Source of the DNA: Clostridia bacterium
GTDB taxonomy: Bacteria; Bacillota; Peptococcia; Peptococcales; SKKY01
DNA length: 64,000 bases
Direction of reading: 5' to 3'
Assembly (NCBI GenBank): GCA_009930175.1
Contig: RZYW01000001.1
Span: 4,778-68,777 of the forward strand
This document shows, one piece after another, positions 20,168 to 32,481 of the stretch. Each line of letters starts with the position of its first letter. Position 1 is the first letter of the stretch. The position numbers and the translations under genes were made by a program. A model generated the notes under the pieces. That model was not told the DNA's origin. It did no database searches and saw nothing but the letters and a program-made list of their open reading frames with translations.

Positions 20168-23100
20168 TCAAGCAAAGAAAGAAAGTTGATTATTTTCAGG
20201 GAGTCCCTCAAGAGAACCATGGTTTAACATAGTTTCAATAACCGTCTTACTTACCTTTGCACGAATTCGTAAATCTTCAATAGATTTAAATTCCCTTAAA
20301 TCCCTTTCTTTTTCTATATTTAATGCAGCGGTCTCCCCTATACCAGGCAAAGATCCAAAGGGAGGGATTAATTGATTCCCTTCAATAATAAATCTGTTTG
20401 CAGTGGATTTATCAAGGGAAACAATTTGGAAAGAAAAACCTCGTAAATACATTTCAAGAGCTACTTCTAAAACAATTAACAACCTTATTTCTTTTTGAGA
20501 TGCCTGGTTACCCATTTCCTGAATCTTTTTAATTTCATTTAATACACTTTCCTTACCTTTTACAATAATCTCTGCATCAAACTCTGAGGCTCTAACTGAG
20601 AAAAATGCTGCGTAAAAAGCTAGTGGATGGAAAATTTTAAAATATGCAATTCTAAAAGCCATCATTACATAGGCTACAGCATGTGCTTTTGGAAACATAT
20701 ATTTAATTTTATTACATGATTCAATATACCATTCAGGAACATTAAACTTGCGCATTTCATCTTCGTAATCTTTTTTTAATCCCTTACCTTTTCTTACATC
20801 TTCCATAATCTTAAAAGAAACTAATGGATCAAGATTCATATTTATCAAATAGGTCATTATATCATCTCTGGCAGAAATAGCTTCAGAAAGATGACAAGTC
20901 TTACTTTTTATTAAATCCTGAGCATTATTTAACCATACATCTGTACCATGAGAAAATCCACTAATCCGCACTAAATCAGAAAAGTTTTGTGGTTTTGTAT
21001 CTTCAAGCATTTGTCGTACAAACTTTGTCCCAAACTCGGGGATTCCATAGGTACCAACTTTAGACAGTAATTCTGCTTCTGAAACTCCTAATGCTTTGGT
21101 TGATGAAAATAAGGACATTACTTCTGGATTATCCAATTTTATTTTTCTGGCATCCAGCCCTGTTAAATCTTCTAGCATTTTTATTACAGTAGGATCATCA
21201 TGTCCAAGGATATCCAGCTTTACAAGATAATCATGTAAAGAATGGAAATCAAAGTGGGTAGTTACTGTCCCTGACTTTACGTCTTCGGCTGGTCTTTGAA
21301 GAGGTGTGAAGTCAGAGGCTTCTTTACTTTTTGGAACAACTATAAGCCCCCCTGGATGCTGTCCTGTTGTTCTTTTTACGCCGGTACAACCTTTTATCAG
21401 CCTGCTTAGCTCGGCAGAATTATAATATATATTATTTTCTTCTAAATAATTTTTAACATAACCAAAGGCTGTTTTTTCCGCAACAGTTGCAATTGTGCCT
21501 GCTCTGAAAACGTGATCTTTTCCGAATAATTCTTCTACATACTTATGAGCTGATGCCTGATATTCTCCAGAAAAGTTCAAATCAATATCTGGAACCTTAT
21601 CTCCCTCGAAACCAAGAAAAACTTCAAAAGGAATATCGAATCCATCTTTTTCCAATGGTGTTCCACAATCAGGGCATTCTCTCTCAGGTAAATCAGCTCC
21701 ACTTCCGTATTCCCCTTTTTCAAAAAACTCTGTGAAGTAACAAGAAGGACATCGATAATGCGGAGCAAGAGGATTAACCTCTGTTATCCCAGTTAAAGTA
21801 GCAACCAGTGAAGATCCAACAGAGCCCCTGGACCCTACAAGATACCCATCTTCATTGGATTTTTTAACTAGTTTTTGAGATATTAAATATAAAACAGCAT
21901 ACCCATTACTAATAATTGAATTAAGTTCTTTATTAATTCTTTTAGCAACTATTTCTGGTAAATTTTCCCCATATAACTCTTTTGCTTTTGAAAAAGTCAT
22001 ATCTCTTATTTCATCTTCAGCTCCTTCAATCTCAGGAGGATAAAGCTTATCTGGAATAGGTCTTATTTTTTCAACCATATCAGCAATTAAATTGGGATTT
22101 TTTACTACAACTTCTAAAGCTTTAGATTCATCCAGATAGCAAAACTCTTCCAGCATTTCTTCTGTTGTTCTGTAATACAATGGTGGTTGATTTACAGCGT
22201 CTGTGTATCCTTGTCCAGCCTGAATTATTCTTCTGTAAATAGAATCTTCAGGATTTAAAAAATGCACATCTCCCGTAGCTATTACTGGAATATTTAGTTT
22301 TTCCCCTAACTCAATTACTTTAAGATTTATTTTTTCCAGTTCTTTTTTATCTTTTACTATTCCATTACGAATCATAAATTCATTATTGCCAGTAGGCTGA
22401 ATTTCTAAAAAATCATAAAACTCAGAGATTCTATGAAGTTCATCCTCATCTTTACCTTCAACTATAGAGGTAATTAACTCTCCTGCTTCGCAAGCTGAAC
22501 CAAAAATTAGTCCTTCCCTATATTCAATTAGTAAATCCATGGGAATTCTTGGCACTTTTTTATAATATTTAAGTTGAGATTCTGAAATAAGATGATATAA
22601 ATTTTTTAATCCAACTCTATTTTTAACCAAAATAATAAAGTGATAATTTTTTTTGCCTTTTTTTTCTTTTGTCTCTTCTTTCCTGAACACATAGGCTTCA
22701 ATACCATAAATAATTTTTACACCATGTTTTTCACCGGCAAAATAGGCATCCGGAAAAGCCTGAACAACTCCATGATCAGTAACAGCAATTGCTTTATGTC
22801 CATAAAAAGCAGCTTTTTTTACATAATCATCTACAGGATTCATTGCATCCGTCTTACTCATATTTGTATGAAGATGTAGTTCTACTCTTTTTTCTGGATA
22901 ATTATCTGTTTTTTGTTCTACTATTAATTCTTCATAATTTGAAAGCATTAGAATATACTCTTTTGCAAACTGGTCATGTTGTACATTTCCTGAAAACCTG
23001 TAAAATTTTTCAGTTTTAACATTTGATAATATTTCTTCTGCTTCTTCTTTTTTCTTTATGTACTTTCCAACAATTGAAGATGTACCATCTGTCATTGATA

Positions 23101-23857
23101 TTGATAACAAAATTTTTCCGGTTTTTAACTCCCGGCTTTGAATGTCAAAAACCCTTGATTCAACAACAATATTATTTTCTTCTTCCCGTAGAGAAGATAT
23201 TTCTTTTACTTCACCTTTGTAATTTTTAAGACTGACTTTTTTTGTATTTCTTTTTCTGCCAAACTCATTTTTTTCTTTTTTAGTTTCTGTGTTCTTAGTT
23301 ATTTCCGGAGCTTTTATTTCTGGAAGAAAGTTTTCTATTGTTTGTATCGGGTCAATTTCTTCAAGTTCAGAATCATATACAAAGAGAACATTTCTGGTTT
23401 CACCATCAGAAAAAACTAATTTATCTTTAATTAACATATCTCCATTGTTTTTTTTCAAATAATTATAGGCCCAGGATGATCCGGTTTTAATAATAATTTC
23501 ATTTTTATCCCTGTTATATTCAGTTGTTGTTTTTTGAAAACAATTTCGTAATACAGGGGCCTGGTTTATAAATATTCTATCCATATACTCTTTAATTTTT
23601 GATTCATTATTTAAACAATCACATGTTAATGCAGGAATTAGTTTTATTTTATCCAGCTTTGGAAGTTTCTGAAGAAGAATTTTTTCTCCTTCTTCTAAAG
23701 TACTGTGATCGTATTGTATTTTTGAATAAAAATATATTTCCCAGGCATTCAAAGCCTGGGAAACAGATACTTTACAAATTTCCAGTTCTTTTAAAAAACT
23801 GGAAATCTGACAATTATTTTTTTCATCAAATAGTTCTGCGGGTAATTTGTTACTCAT
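20168..23857 (-). CDS. polC: DNA polymerase III alpha subunit, PolC type, lacking the 3'-5' exonuclease domain
   Basis: 1229 aa and collinear with Bacillus PolC. It has the OB region, PHP motifs ([34 protein letters not shown]), the Zn finger CPSC...[20 protein letters not shown] and KYMFPKAHA. The exonuclease insertion is replaced by [14 protein letters not shown] (aa 392-405). Confidence 0.9.
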   Translation of the reverse strand: MSNKLPAELFDEKNNCQISSFLKELEICKVSVSQALNAWEIYFYSKIQYDHSTLEEGEKILLQKLPKLDKIKLIPALTCDCLNNESKIKEYMDRIFINQAPVLRNCFQKTTTEYNRDKNEIIIKTGSSWAYNYLKKNNGDMLIKDKLVFSDGETRNVLFVYDSELEEIDPIQTIENFLPEIKAPEITKNTETKKEKNEFGRKRNTKKVSLKNYKGEVKEISSLREEENNIVVESRVFDIQSRELKTGKILLSISMTDGTSSIVGKYIKKKEEAEEILSNVKTEKFYRFSGNVQHDQFAKEYILMLSNYEELIVEQKTDNYPEKRVELHLHTNMSKTDAMNPVDDYVKKAAFYGHKAIAVTDHGVVQAFPDAYFAGEKHGVKIIYGIEAYVFRKEETKEKKGKKNYHFIILVKNRVGLKNLYHLISESQLKYYKKVPRIPMDLLIEYREGLIFGSACEAGELITSIVEGKDEDELHRISEFYDFLEIQPTGNNEFMIRNGIVKDKKELEKINLKVIELGEKLNIPVIATGDVHFLNPEDSIYRRIIQAGQGYTDAVNQPPLYYRTTEEMLEEFCYLDESKALEVVVKNPNLIADMVEKIRPIPDKLYPPEIEGAEDEIRDMTFSKAKELYGENLPEIVAKRINKELNSIISNGYAVLYLISQKLVKKSNEDGYLVGSRGSVGSSLVATLTGITEVNPLAPHYRCPSCYFTEFFEKGEYGSGADLPERECPDCGTPLEKDGFDIPFEVFLGFEGDKVPDIDLNFSGEYQASAHKYVEELFGKDHVFRAGTIATVAEKTAFGYVKNYLEENNIYYNSAELSRLIKGCTGVKRTTGQHPGGLIVVPKSKEASDFTPLQRPAEDVKSGTVTTHFDFHSLHDYLVKLDILGHDDPTVIKMLEDLTGLDARKIKLDNPEVMSLFSSTKALGVSEAELLSKVGTYGIPEFGTKFVRQMLEDTKPQNFSDLVRISGFSHGTDVWLNNAQDLIKSKTCHLSEAISARDDIMTYLINMNLDPLVSFKIMEDVRKGKGLKKDYEDEMRKFNVPEWYIESCNKIKYMFPKAHAVAYVMMAFRIAYFKIFHPLAFYAAFFSVRASEFDAEIIVKGKESVLNEIKKIQEMGNQASQKEIRLLIVLEVALEMYLRGFSFQIVSLDKSTANRFIIEGNQLIPPFGSLPGIGETAALNIEKERDLREFKSIEDLRIRAKVSKTVIETMLNHGSLEGLPENNQLSFFA

Positions 23858-25550
23858 TTAGATAAAATTCCTTTACTTTTGATATAACCTCATTGATATT
23901 TAAATCTTCTGATTCAGAATTATTTCTTGCTTTGAATTCAACAATTCCTTCAGCTATTTTCTTACCAACAGTAATTCTTAAAGGATAGCCAATAAGATCT
24001 GCATCGTTAAATTTTACACCAATACGCTCTTTACGGTCATCAAGGACAGCCTCAAAACCTTCAGAAAGGAGTGCTGAATACAACTTCTCTGCTTCCTGGA
24101 ACTGTACTTCATCATTTACCTGAACAGGAACTACAACTACTTGATAAGGAGCAATATTTTTAGGCCAGATAATACCTTTTTCATCATAATTTTGCTCTAC
24201 GCAGGCAGCCATTGTTCTGGAAACACCAATACCATAGCAGCCCATAACCATTATCTGTTCTTTGCCATTTTCATCTAAATACTTTGCATTTAATTTTTCT
24301 GAATACTTTGTCCCTAGTTTAAATACCTGGCCAACTTCTATTCCTTTAGCAAAAACAAGATTTCCACCACATTTTGGGCAGGAGTCCCCTTCATTAACTT
24401 CTCTTAGATCATAGAATTCTACTTTACCAAAATCTCGGTTAACATCTGCATGAAGATAATGGTAACCTTCTTCATTCGCACCACAAACTCCATCATTCAT
24501 ATATTTAAGTTCATTGTCTGCATAAATAGTAATATCTTTTAAACCAATTGGTGAGATATAGCCTGGTTCACAATTGAACAATTCTTTTATCTCTTCTTCT
24601 TCAGCTTTTTCAAGAATATCAGTTTTTAATACTCTTTTTAACTTAATTTCGTTTAGAGATCTGTCCCCTCTTATAACAACTACAATTATTTTCTCATCTG
24701 CTTTAAAAACTAAAGTTTTAATCGTATTATCTCCAGATACCTTTAAGAATTCTGCTACTTCTTCGATTGTTTTTTTATCTGGAGTGGATACTTTTTCTAA
24801 TTCCTTGCTTTCAGAAATTTCTCTCTCTGGAGTAATACATTCTGTAATCTCTACATTAGAAGCATATGAGCATTTTTCACAATATGCTATTGTTGCCTCA
24901 CCATTTTCTGCCAATACCATAAATTCATGGGTATCATCCCCACCAATGGCTCCAGAATCAGCTTCAACTGCTCTAAAATTTAAGCCCATTCTGCCAAAAA
25001 TTCTACTATAGGCATCGTACATAGTCTGGTACGAAACATCAAGACCAGCAAAATCACGATCAAAGGAATAGGCATCTTTCATAATAAACTCTCTGCCTCT
25101 CATTAATCCAAATCTAGGTCTTCTTTCATCTCTGTACTTATTTTGAATTTGATATAAATTTAAAGGAAGTTGCTTGTATGATTTTACTTCGCCTCTTACT
25201 ACATCAGTAATTATTTCTTCATGAGTTGGTCCAAGGCAAAAATCTCTGTCATGTCTGTCTTTCAATCTAAACATTTCGTCTCCGTAAACATCCCATCTTC
25301 CACTTTCAGCCCATAACTCTGCTGGCTGAATAATTGGAAGAAGAAGTTCCTGGGCTTCAGATCTATCCATTTCTTCTCTGACAATAGTTTCTATTTTTTT
25401 TAGAACTCTTAAGGCTAATGGAAGATAACTGTATATTCCCGCTGCGCTTTTTCTAATAAAACCTGCTTTTACAAGGAGCTGGTGACTGATAATTTCAGCT
25501 TCTGCTGGAACATCTCTTAGTGTAGGTAATAATGCTTTAGTTACTCTCAT
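23850..25550 (-). CDS. proS: Prolyl-tRNA synthetase (bacterial type with INS editing domain)
   Basis: 566 aa with class II motifs ([25 protein letters not shown]). Its stop overlaps the polC start (ATGAGTAA). Confidence 0.95.
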   Translation of the reverse strand: MRVTKALLPTLRDVPAEAEIISHQLLVKAGFIRKSAAGIYSYLPLALRVLKKIETIVREEMDRSEAQELLLPIIQPAELWAESGRWDVYGDEMFRLKDRHDRDFCLGPTHEEIITDVVRGEVKSYKQLPLNLYQIQNKYRDERRPRFGLMRGREFIMKDAYSFDRDFAGLDVSYQTMYDAYSRIFGRMGLNFRAVEADSGAIGGDDTHEFMVLAENGEATIAYCEKCSYASNVEITECITPEREISESKELEKVSTPDKKTIEEVAEFLKVSGDNTIKTLVFKADEKIIVVVIRGDRSLNEIKLKRVLKTDILEKAEEEEIKELFNCEPGYISPIGLKDITIYADNELKYMNDGVCGANEEGYHYLHADVNRDFGKVEFYDLREVNEGDSCPKCGGNLVFAKGIEVGQVFKLGTKYSEKLNAKYLDENGKEQIMVMGCYGIGVSRTMAACVEQNYDEKGIIWPKNIAPYQVVVVPVQVNDEVQFQEAEKLYSALLSEGFEAVLDDRKERIGVKFNDADLIGYPLRITVGKKIAEGIVEFKARNNSESEDLNINEVISKVKEFYLNE

Positions 25551-26613
25551 TTTTTTCTCTCCTTATTTTATCTAATTCTGATAGTATTTCATTAACCATA
25601 TCTTCTTCTTTTACTTTACGTATTACCTGGCCTTTTCTAAACAGAAGCCCTTCATTTATACCCCCGGCAATTCCAAGATCTGCCTCTTTAGCTTCTCCAG
25701 GTCCGTTAACAACACAGCCCATAATTGCCAGCTTAATGTTTTCTTTAAATCCTTTTGTCTTTTCTTCAACCTCAAGGACAACTTTTTCTAAATCAACCTG
25801 GCATCGGCCACATGTTGGACAGGAAACTATTTCTATTCCCTCTTGTCTCAGTTTTAAAGACTTAAGAATATCCTTCGCAACATTAATTTCATTTACAGGA
25901 TTTCCTGTTAAAGAAACCCTTATGGTATCACCAATTCCCTCTGCTAATAAAGTTCCTATTCCAACTGAGCTTTTAACTATTCCAGTATTTACACTTCCTG
26001 CTTCAGTTACTCCTAAATGTAATGGATAATCTACTTTTTCAGCAAGTTTTCGGTACACATCAATCATTAAAGGAACTTCAGAAGCTTTAATTGAAATTTT
26101 TATTTGATCAAAATTAAATTTCTCTAAAATTTTAACATGTTTCATAGCACTTTCAATAAGAGAATTGCTATTTACTCCATTATATTTTTCCAGCATTTCT
26201 TTTTCTACAGAACCTGAATTTACACCAATTCTTATTGGGATATTGTGAAATTTTGCAGCATCAACTACTGCTTTTATTCTGTCTTCACTCCCTATATTCC
26301 CCGGGTTAATTCGCATTCCATGAATTCCATTTTTAATACTTTCCAAGGCCAGGCGATAATCAAAATGAATATCTGCAACTACAGGAATTGGAGACTTCTC
26401 AACAATTTCTTTTGTCTTTTCAGCAGCTTCCATATCTGGCACTGCTATTCTGATTATTTCGCATCCAGCCTCAGCCAATTCCTTAATTTGTGAAATTGTT
26501 TTTTGCACATCTCTGGTGTCAGAGTTAGTCATTGACTGAATTGATACTGGAAAATCAGAACCAATTCCTATATTACCAATAAAAATATTTTTTGTTTTTC
26601 TTCTATTAAACAT
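25537..26613 (-). CDS. ispG: 4-hydroxy-3-methylbut-2-en-1-yl diphosphate synthase (GcpE)
   Basis: 358 aa with the RINPGN motif and the C-terminal 4Fe-4S cysteines (SCPTCGRC ... GCVVNGPGE). Confidence 0.95.
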   Translation of the reverse strand: MFNRRKTKNIFIGNIGIGSDFPVSIQSMTNSDTRDVQKTISQIKELAEAGCEIIRIAVPDMEAAEKTKEIVEKSPIPVVADIHFDYRLALESIKNGIHGMRINPGNIGSEDRIKAVVDAAKFHNIPIRIGVNSGSVEKEMLEKYNGVNSNSLIESAMKHVKILEKFNFDQIKISIKASEVPLMIDVYRKLAEKVDYPLHLGVTEAGSVNTGIVKSSVGIGTLLAEGIGDTIRVSLTGNPVNEINVAKDILKSLKLRQEGIEIVSCPTCGRCQVDLEKVVLEVEEKTKGFKENIKLAIMGCVVNGPGEAKEADLGIAGGINEGLLFRKGQVIRKVKEEDMVNEILSELDKIRREKNESN

Positions 26614-26633
26614 TTTAAGGCCTTCTTTTTTAT

Positions 26634-27668
26634 TTAATTAAAAAATTTTGCTATATCATTATATGTGATTAAAATAAACAAACCAAATAAAAATGCAAAT
26701 CCAATCATAGTAATTATTCCTTCTTTTTTTCTATCTAAAGGCTTCCCTCTTAAACCTTCATAAAGAAGAAAAATTATTTTACTTCCATCTAATCCAGGAA
26801 TAGGAAGCAAATTTACAAAACCAATATTTGCAGACATAAAGGCTGTCAAATATAACAAAGGCATAAGGCCAACCTTTGCAGTTTCATCTATTACCTGAAT
26901 TATTCCCACAGGCCCGGAGAATGATTCTATGCCTATATGTCCTGAAAATAGAAATTTAAGAGAAGCTATAATAAATACCATCAGCCTTGTGGTTTCGCTA
27001 AAAGCATATTTTACGGCGCCAAAAAAACCTGGCTTTTCCATTTTATATCCTTCTCCCACAATTCCTAAAAATCCAAGTTTTTCTTCACCTTCCCCAATAA
27101 CCGGATAGAGAGAAACTACTTCTGAACCACGTTGAACTTTAAACTCAATCTCTTTATTTGGATTTGTTTTAATAACAGTATCTAATTCATTTCTGTTGGT
27201 AACCTTTTTACCATTTATTTCAACAATTACATCTCCAGGCATAAAACCTGCTGCTTCTGCAGGAGAATTTTCCACAATTTGAGTAATTAAAGTATCCCCT
27301 GCAGGTACTCCAGAGGAAAGGCCGATTATTGTGAAAAGGGAAACTGCCAGAATAAAATTCATTATTACTCCAGCAATTACAACAAATATTCTTTGTAAAA
27401 CGGTTTTATTGTTAAAGTTTGAAGGATTATTACTTTCGGGAGAACCTTCTTCGTAATATTCGCCCTCCATCTTTACGTAACCACCAATAGGAATACCTCT
27501 TAATGAATAAAGAGTTTCTTCACCTTGTTTTGAAAAAACTTTTGGTCCCATACCTATGCTAAATTCATCCACTTTTATTCCAACCATCTTAGCAGCAGCA
27601 AAATGGCCAAACTCATGGACAGCAATAATTACACCAAAAACTAACAGACTGACAATAAATGTTTGCAA
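26634..27668 (-). CDS. rseP: RIP site-2 zinc metalloprotease RseP/RasP
   Basis: 344 aa with HEFGH, a central PDZ domain, and the NLLPIPGLDG motif. Confidence 0.9.
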   Translation of the reverse strand: MQTFIVSLLVFGVIIAVHEFGHFAAAKMVGIKVDEFSIGMGPKVFSKQGEETLYSLRGIPIGGYVKMEGEYYEEGSPESNNPSNFNNKTVLQRIFVVIAGVIMNFILAVSLFTIIGLSSGVPAGDTLITQIVENSPAEAAGFMPGDVIVEINGKKVTNRNELDTVIKTNPNKEIEFKVQRGSEVVSLYPVIGEGEEKLGFLGIVGEGYKMEKPGFFGAVKYAFSETTRLMVFIIASLKFLFSGHIGIESFSGPVGIIQVIDETAKVGLMPLLYLTAFMSANIGFVNLLPIPGLDGSKIIFLLYEGLRGKPLDRKKEGIITMIGFAFLFGLFILITYNDIAKFFN

Positions 27669-27693
27669 AAGATCACCTCAAGTTTAAGTTTAA

Positions 27694-28830
27694 TTATTTT
27701 ATTTCACCAGCTTTATTTCTTGCCCATGAATCAATTCTGATTATTTCATTTAAATCAGGATAAAACTCAGGATTATGTTCAGACATCACTTTTTCAACAA
27801 TTTGTGGTATTTGCACAAAGGATATCTTTTTATTCAAAAACATTTCAACAGCAACTTCATTAGCAGCGTTCAATACTGCAGGCATTGTTCCCCCTATTCT
27901 CCCAGCTTCATACGCTAAAGCAAGAGAGGGAAACTTTTTAAAGTCAGGTTTATAAAAATTTAGTTTTCCAATTTCAGTTAAGTCTATTTTTGGAAAAGAG
28001 TTATTAATTCTTTCTGGATAAGTTAAGGCATACTGAATAGGAATTCTCATATCTTTTGGTCCAAGATGAGCAATGATACTTCCATCACCATATTCAACCA
28101 TTGAATGAACTATACTTTCAGGATGAATAATAACTTCAATATTATCATAATCAATATTAAATAACCAATTTGCTTCTATAACTTCTAATCCTTTATTCAT
28201 AAGGGTTGCGGAATCTATAGTAATCTTTTTACCCATTGTCCAGGTTGGATGATTAAGGGCATCTTCAAGGGTTACCTTTTGTAAATCCTCTTCTGCCCAT
28301 TCCCTAAAAGGCCCCCCGGAAGCAGTTAAAAGAATTCTGCGGGCTGCTTTTGTATTTTCCAAACATTGCATTATTGCTGAATGTTCACTATCAACAGTTA
28401 TGATCTTGGCGCCATTTTCATTAATTATATTTCTTACCAATATCCCAGCTGTAACAAGAGTTTCTTTATTAGCAAGTGCAACAGTAATTCCTTTTTCAAG
28501 AAACTTCAAAGTTGGTTCTATTCCTGCAGCTCCGGAAATCCCACCAATACAAATGTCTATTTTATAATTATTAAGAACTTGAGTTAAATCGGAAAAACCA
28601 AAATATATTTTAGTACCTTCAATATTGGAAGATATCAACTTTTCATAACATTTTTTTTCAGTAACAAATACAACTTTTGGGTTATATTTAATTATTTGTT
28701 TTCTTAAAAGTTCAAAATTACTATGTGCAGATAAAATTTCAACAGAAAATTCCTTATTAAACTCATCAATTACCTCAAGAGTCTGAGTCCCTATGGATCC
28801 TGTTGAACCAAGTAGTGCAGTATATTTCAT
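27694..28830 (-). CDS. dxr: 1-deoxy-D-xylulose 5-phosphate reductoisomerase
   Basis: 378 aa with GSTGSIGTQTL, LANKE and HPTWTMG motifs. Confidence 0.95.
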   Translation of the reverse strand: MKYTALLGSTGSIGTQTLEVIDEFNKEFSVEILSAHSNFELLRKQIIKYNPKVVFVTEKKCYEKLISSNIEGTKIYFGFSDLTQVLNNYKIDICIGGISGAAGIEPTLKFLEKGITVALANKETLVTAGILVRNIINENGAKIITVDSEHSAIMQCLENTKAARRILLTASGGPFREWAEEDLQKVTLEDALNHPTWTMGKKITIDSATLMNKGLEVIEANWLFNIDYDNIEVIIHPESIVHSMVEYGDGSIIAHLGPKDMRIPIQYALTYPERINNSFPKIDLTEIGKLNFYKPDFKKFPSLALAYEAGRIGGTMPAVLNAANEVAVEMFLNKKISFVQIPQIVEKVMSEHNPEFYPDLNEIIRIDSWARNKAGEIK

Positions 28831-28845
28831 TATTATCCTGCTTTC

Positions 28846-29646
28846 TTAAAGAATTAAAAACTTCAATAAAATATAAAAAACGGGAGCAACAAATATTGTA
28901 CTGTCAAAACGATCCAGTACACCACCGTGACCTGGCAATATTTTTCCAGAATCTTTTACATTATAAATTCTTTTTATTGAACTTTCAAACAAATCACCAA
29001 GCTGTGAAATAACTGTTAAAAATAATATTATAATTGCTAAAATCCAAATTGATACCTCAGGGAAAATAGCAAAACACTTATTAATCAACAAAGAAATTAT
29101 TAATGCAGATAAAGAACCACCAACAGAACCCTCAATTGTTTTTTTAGGACTTATAGATGGTGCTAGTTTGTTTTTACCAAAAGCCATTCCTGTAAAATAT
29201 GCAAAACTATCTGTTACCCAAATTATTATAAACATGAAGAATATATATCTAAAGCCATCATCCATATTTCTTAGTAGAACTAAATGATAAAAAGAAAGAG
29301 TAACATAAAAATAAATAAAAAGGCCTTTTATTGTTGTTATGAACTTTTCTTTATTCTCATCATTATTATGAGTAAAATCCTTAATATAAATAATAAAAAG
29401 AGTTAACATAAAAAACATTGCTGTTTCAAATGGAAGTAAAAATTCTGGTGGAAAAATTGTAATGGCAGAAAAAAGAAATAAAGATAAAACTATACTTTTA
29501 TTCTTAATATTAAAAATATTTACTATTTCAGAAATCCCTGCATAAACCATTGCCAATACAAGAATCTGGGTATAATATTCTCCTTTGTATAACAAGCCCA
29601 AAAAGATCGGCAGGCCGATTAAAGCTGTTATAATTCTTGTAATCAT
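28846..29646 (-). CDS. cdsA: Phosphatidate cytidylyltransferase
   Basis: 266 aa multi-TM protein with the CTP-transferase signature SxxKR..VKDSG..LPGHGGVLDRFDS. Confidence 0.9.
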   Translation of the reverse strand: MITRIITALIGLPIFLGLLYKGEYYTQILVLAMVYAGISEIVNIFNIKNKSIVLSLFLFSAITIFPPEFLLPFETAMFFMLTLFIIYIKDFTHNNDENKEKFITTIKGLFIYFYVTLSFYHLVLLRNMDDGFRYIFFMFIIIWVTDSFAYFTGMAFGKNKLAPSISPKKTIEGSVGGSLSALIISLLINKCFAIFPEVSIWILAIIILFLTVISQLGDLFESSIKRIYNVKDSGKILPGHGGVLDRFDSTIFVAPVFYILLKFLIL

Positions 29647-30386
29647 TCATCTTTCTCCTTTTCTTTAACTGCTCCAAATCTTCTGTCACGATTTTTAAAA
29701 TCTTTAATTGCTTCAAGTAAATGCTCTTCAGAAAAATCTGGCCATAGTACATCAGAAAACCACAATTCAGAATATGCACCTTGCCACATAAGAAAATTAC
29801 TTAATCTTTTTTCTCCCGATGGTCTTATAATTAAATCTGGGTCTGGCTGATTTTTAGTATATAAATGGTCTGAAATTATTTTTTCATTTATTTGATCTGG
29901 AGAAAGTTCTCCTTGAATTATTTTCTTTGCTATTTCCTGAACACCTTTTGTAATTTCTGCCTTGCTGCCATAGTTTAATGCTACATTTAGGGTCAGTTTT
30001 GTATTATTTTTTGTTTTTTCAATTGCTTTATTAATCTCTTTTACTGTTTTCTCAGGTAACTGCTGATACTCACCTATTGGATTTATTTTAACGCCATTTC
30101 TGTGAAGAACATTAAGTTCTTTTTTTATATATTCAATAATTAAAGACATTAAAATTGAAACCTCTTCTTGAGGTCTCTTCCAGTTTTCAGTAGAAAATGC
30201 GTATACTGTAAGAACTTCTATCCCTATTTCCCCTGAAAAACTTACTATTTTTTTTAAAGATTCTATTCCCATTTTATGTCCTGCTGTACGTGGAAGACCA
30301 CGCTTTTGTGCCCATCTTCCATTTCCATCCATTATTATACCAATATGTTTAGGCATCATTTGAGAACTAATTTCATTATTTTTCAT
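29643..30386 (-). CDS. uppS: Isoprenyl transferase (undecaprenyl diphosphate synthase)
   Basis: Has IMDGNGRWA and the C-terminal RRFG. The start is ambiguous. The track start at 30419 lies inside a weak post-frr hairpin. The ATG at 30386 (MKNNEI) follows GGTGA. Confidence 0.9.
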   Translation of the reverse strand: MKNNEISSQMMPKHIGIIMDGNGRWAQKRGLPRTAGHKMGIESLKKIVSFSGEIGIEVLTVYAFSTENWKRPQEEVSILMSLIIEYIKKELNVLHRNGVKINPIGEYQQLPEKTVKEINKAIEKTKNNTKLTLNVALNYGSKAEITKGVQEIAKKIIQGELSPDQINEKIISDHLYTKNQPDPDLIIRPSGEKRLSNFLMWQGAYSELWFSDVLWPDFSEEHLLEAIKDFKNRDRRFGAVKEKEKDE

Positions 30387-30436
30387 AATACTCACCATTA
30401 TAGATAATAAGCCCCCCATTTTGGAGGGCTTTTTCT

Positions 30437-30994
30437 TTAAATTTCTGTAACTTCTTTTTCTTTTAACTCAAGAATTTTTTCAACTTCAACAATTGATTTA
30501 TCAGTTAATTTCTGGATATCATCCATAGAAATCTTGCCTTCATCTTCAGTTACTACTTTTTCTTTTTCTAATTTTTTAACCTTATCATTTGCATCACGAC
30601 GAACATTTCTAATTCTAACTTTAATTTCTTCCGCCATCTTTTTTAGTTGTTTAACCAGTTCTAGTCTTCTTTCATTTGTAAGCTGAGGAACCGCCAGTCT
30701 GATAAGTGTTCCATCACTTGAAGGAGTGATTCCAATATCAGATTTCAAAATAGCCTTTTCAATTAAAGGTATTGAACTTTTATCCCAAGGCTGAATTACC
30801 AGTAATCTTGCCTCTGGTACAGAAATATTTGCTAGCTGGTTAACTGGTGTTTCTGCTCCATAATAATCAACATGGATTTTATCTAACATTTGGGGAGTTG
30901 CACGACCCGCTCTTAATGAAGCATACTCACTTTTTAATGCTTTAACAGCACTTTCCATTTTTTCTTCTGTTTCCATCATTAATTCATCTAACAT
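30437..30994 (-). CDS. frr: Ribosome recycling factor
   Basis: 185 aa with a typical Frr sequence ([20 protein letters not shown]). Confidence 0.95.
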   Translation of the reverse strand: MLDELMMETEEKMESAVKALKSEYASLRAGRATPQMLDKIHVDYYGAETPVNQLANISVPEARLLVIQPWDKSSIPLIEKAILKSDIGITPSSDGTLIRLAVPQLTNERRLELVKQLKKMAEEIKVRIRNVRRDANDKVKKLEKEKVVTEDEGKISMDDIQKLTDKSIVEVEKILELKEKEVTEI

Positions 30995-30997
30995 TTT

Positions 30998-31714
30998 TTA
31001 CCCTCCTACATAAGTACCTATTTTTTCTCCGAATATTACCTTTTTAATATTACCCTCTTCTAATATACTGAAAACAATTAGGGGAATATTATTATCCATA
31101 CATAGTGATGCAGCAGTACTATCCATAACTCCAAGGGATTTATTTATTACTTCAATAAAACTTAATTTGTTATATTTTATTGCATCAGGATTCAATACAG
31201 GATCACAATCGTATACTCCATCAACTTTTTTTGCCATAAGAATAATTTCTGCCTCAATTTCTGCAGCTCTTAAAGCAGCAGTTGTATCTGTAGAGAAATA
31301 AGGATTACCAGTACCCGCGGCAAATATAACAACTCTCTTTTTTTCCAAATGACGAATTGCTCTTCTTCTAATATAAGGTTCTGCAATTTGTCTCATTTCT
31401 ATAGCTGTTTGAACTCTAGTGGAAACACCATGATTTTCCAGTGCATCCTGTAGCGCCAGAGAATTAATTACTGTGGCAAGCATTCCCATATAGTCTGCTG
31501 TTGCTCTGTCCATACCATGTTTGCTGCCTGATACGCCACGCCAAATATTGCCTCCGCCTACAACTATTGAAACCTCAACGCCAAGATTTACAATTTCACT
31601 AACCTGAGAAGCAAAGGATGATAAAGTTTCCTGATTTATTCCATAACCAAGATTCCCTGCCAATGATTCTCCACTTAATTTTATTACAACTCTTTTGTAC
31701 TTAGGTTTTCCCAT
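30998..31714 (-). CDS. pyrH: UMP kinase
   Basis: Has [10 protein letters not shown] and [10 protein letters not shown]. The likely start is the ATG at 31714 (MGKPKYKR), preceded by AAGGAG. The track start at 31756 is over-extended. Confidence 0.95.
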   Translation of the reverse strand: MGKPKYKRVVIKLSGESLAGNLGYGINQETLSSFASQVSEIVNLGVEVSIVVGGGNIWRGVSGSKHGMDRATADYMGMLATVINSLALQDALENHGVSTRVQTAIEMRQIAEPYIRRRAIRHLEKKRVVIFAAGTGNPYFSTDTTAALRAAEIEAEIILMAKKVDGVYDCDPVLNPDAIKYNKLSFIEVINKSLGVMDSTAASLCMDNNIPLIVFSILEEGNIKKVIFGEKIGTYVGG

Positions 31715-31767
31715 TTGAATTCTCCTTGCTATATTATTTAAAAAAAAAGAACACAAAGTGTTCTTTT

Positions 31768-32418
31768 TTATTTATTAATTTCAGCCATAACTTCGTTTAC
31801 AAAATCATCCTGTTTCTTCTCTAAACCTTCACCCATTTGGTAACGAGTAAATCTTCTAACCTGAATATTTTCACCAATTTCACTAATTGATTCATTAATC
31901 ATTTGAGAAACAGTTTTTGAAGGATCTTTTACAAAAGGTTGCTCAAGTAAGCAAATGTCCTGGTAATACTTTTTGATTCTGCCTTCTACCATTTTATCTA
32001 CAACTTGTTCTGGTTTACCTTCATTTAAAGCCTGGGCTCTTAATATTTCTTTTTCTTTATTTAATTCTGTTGGATCAACTTCTTCAGTTCTGATATAGCT
32101 TGGGTTTGAAGCAGCAATTTGCATTGCAATGTCTTTAACCAATGCTTTAAACTTATCAGTTTTAGCAACGAAATCAGTTTCACAGTTTACTTCAACAAGG
32201 ACACCAATTTTTCCGCCCATGTGAATGTATGCTTCAACAATACCTTCAGCTGCAATTCTTGATGATTTCTTTTGAGCTGCTGCTAAACCTTTTTCTCTTA
32301 AATACTCAATTGCTTTTTCAATATCGCCATTTGTTTCCATAAGTGCTTTTTTACAATCCATCATACCAGCACCTGATTTTTCTCTTAACTCTTTTACCAT
32401 TCCTGCAGTAACAGACAT
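31768..32418 (-). CDS. tsf: Elongation factor Ts (short form)
   Basis: Has [20 protein letters not shown]. The likely start is the ATG at 32418 (MSVTAG), preceded by GGGAGG. Confidence 0.9.
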   Translation of the reverse strand: MSVTAGMVKELREKSGAGMMDCKKALMETNGDIEKAIEYLREKGLAAAQKKSSRIAAEGIVEAYIHMGGKIGVLVEVNCETDFVAKTDKFKALVKDIAMQIAASNPSYIRTEEVDPTELNKEKEILRAQALNEGKPEQVVDKMVEGRIKKYYQDICLLEQPFVKDPSKTVSQMINESISEIGENIQVRRFTRYQMGEGLEKKQDDFVNEVMAEINK

Positions 32419-32437
32419 TTTCATACCTCCCATATTC

Positions 32438-32481
32438 AAAAAGGGGCAGCCATTAATGGCTTATTCACCTAATGGTACCCC
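32438..32481 (-). terminator. Structured rpsB-tsf intergenic element (attenuator or partial terminator)
   Basis: On the minus-strand RNA, GGGG...CCCC closes an inner GCCA-UUAA-UGGC hairpin and is followed by UUUUU. It sits immediately upstream of the tsf RBS GGGAGG. Confidence 0.45.

Noticed and set aside
22640-22700. The polC linker region as a sequencing frameshift or pseudogene lesion
   Set aside because: The reading frame is continuous through the A-rich tract, and conserved PolC motifs resume immediately in the same frame. A homopolymer indel cannot remove a 190-aa domain. Assembly collapse remains formally possible and is listed as a check.
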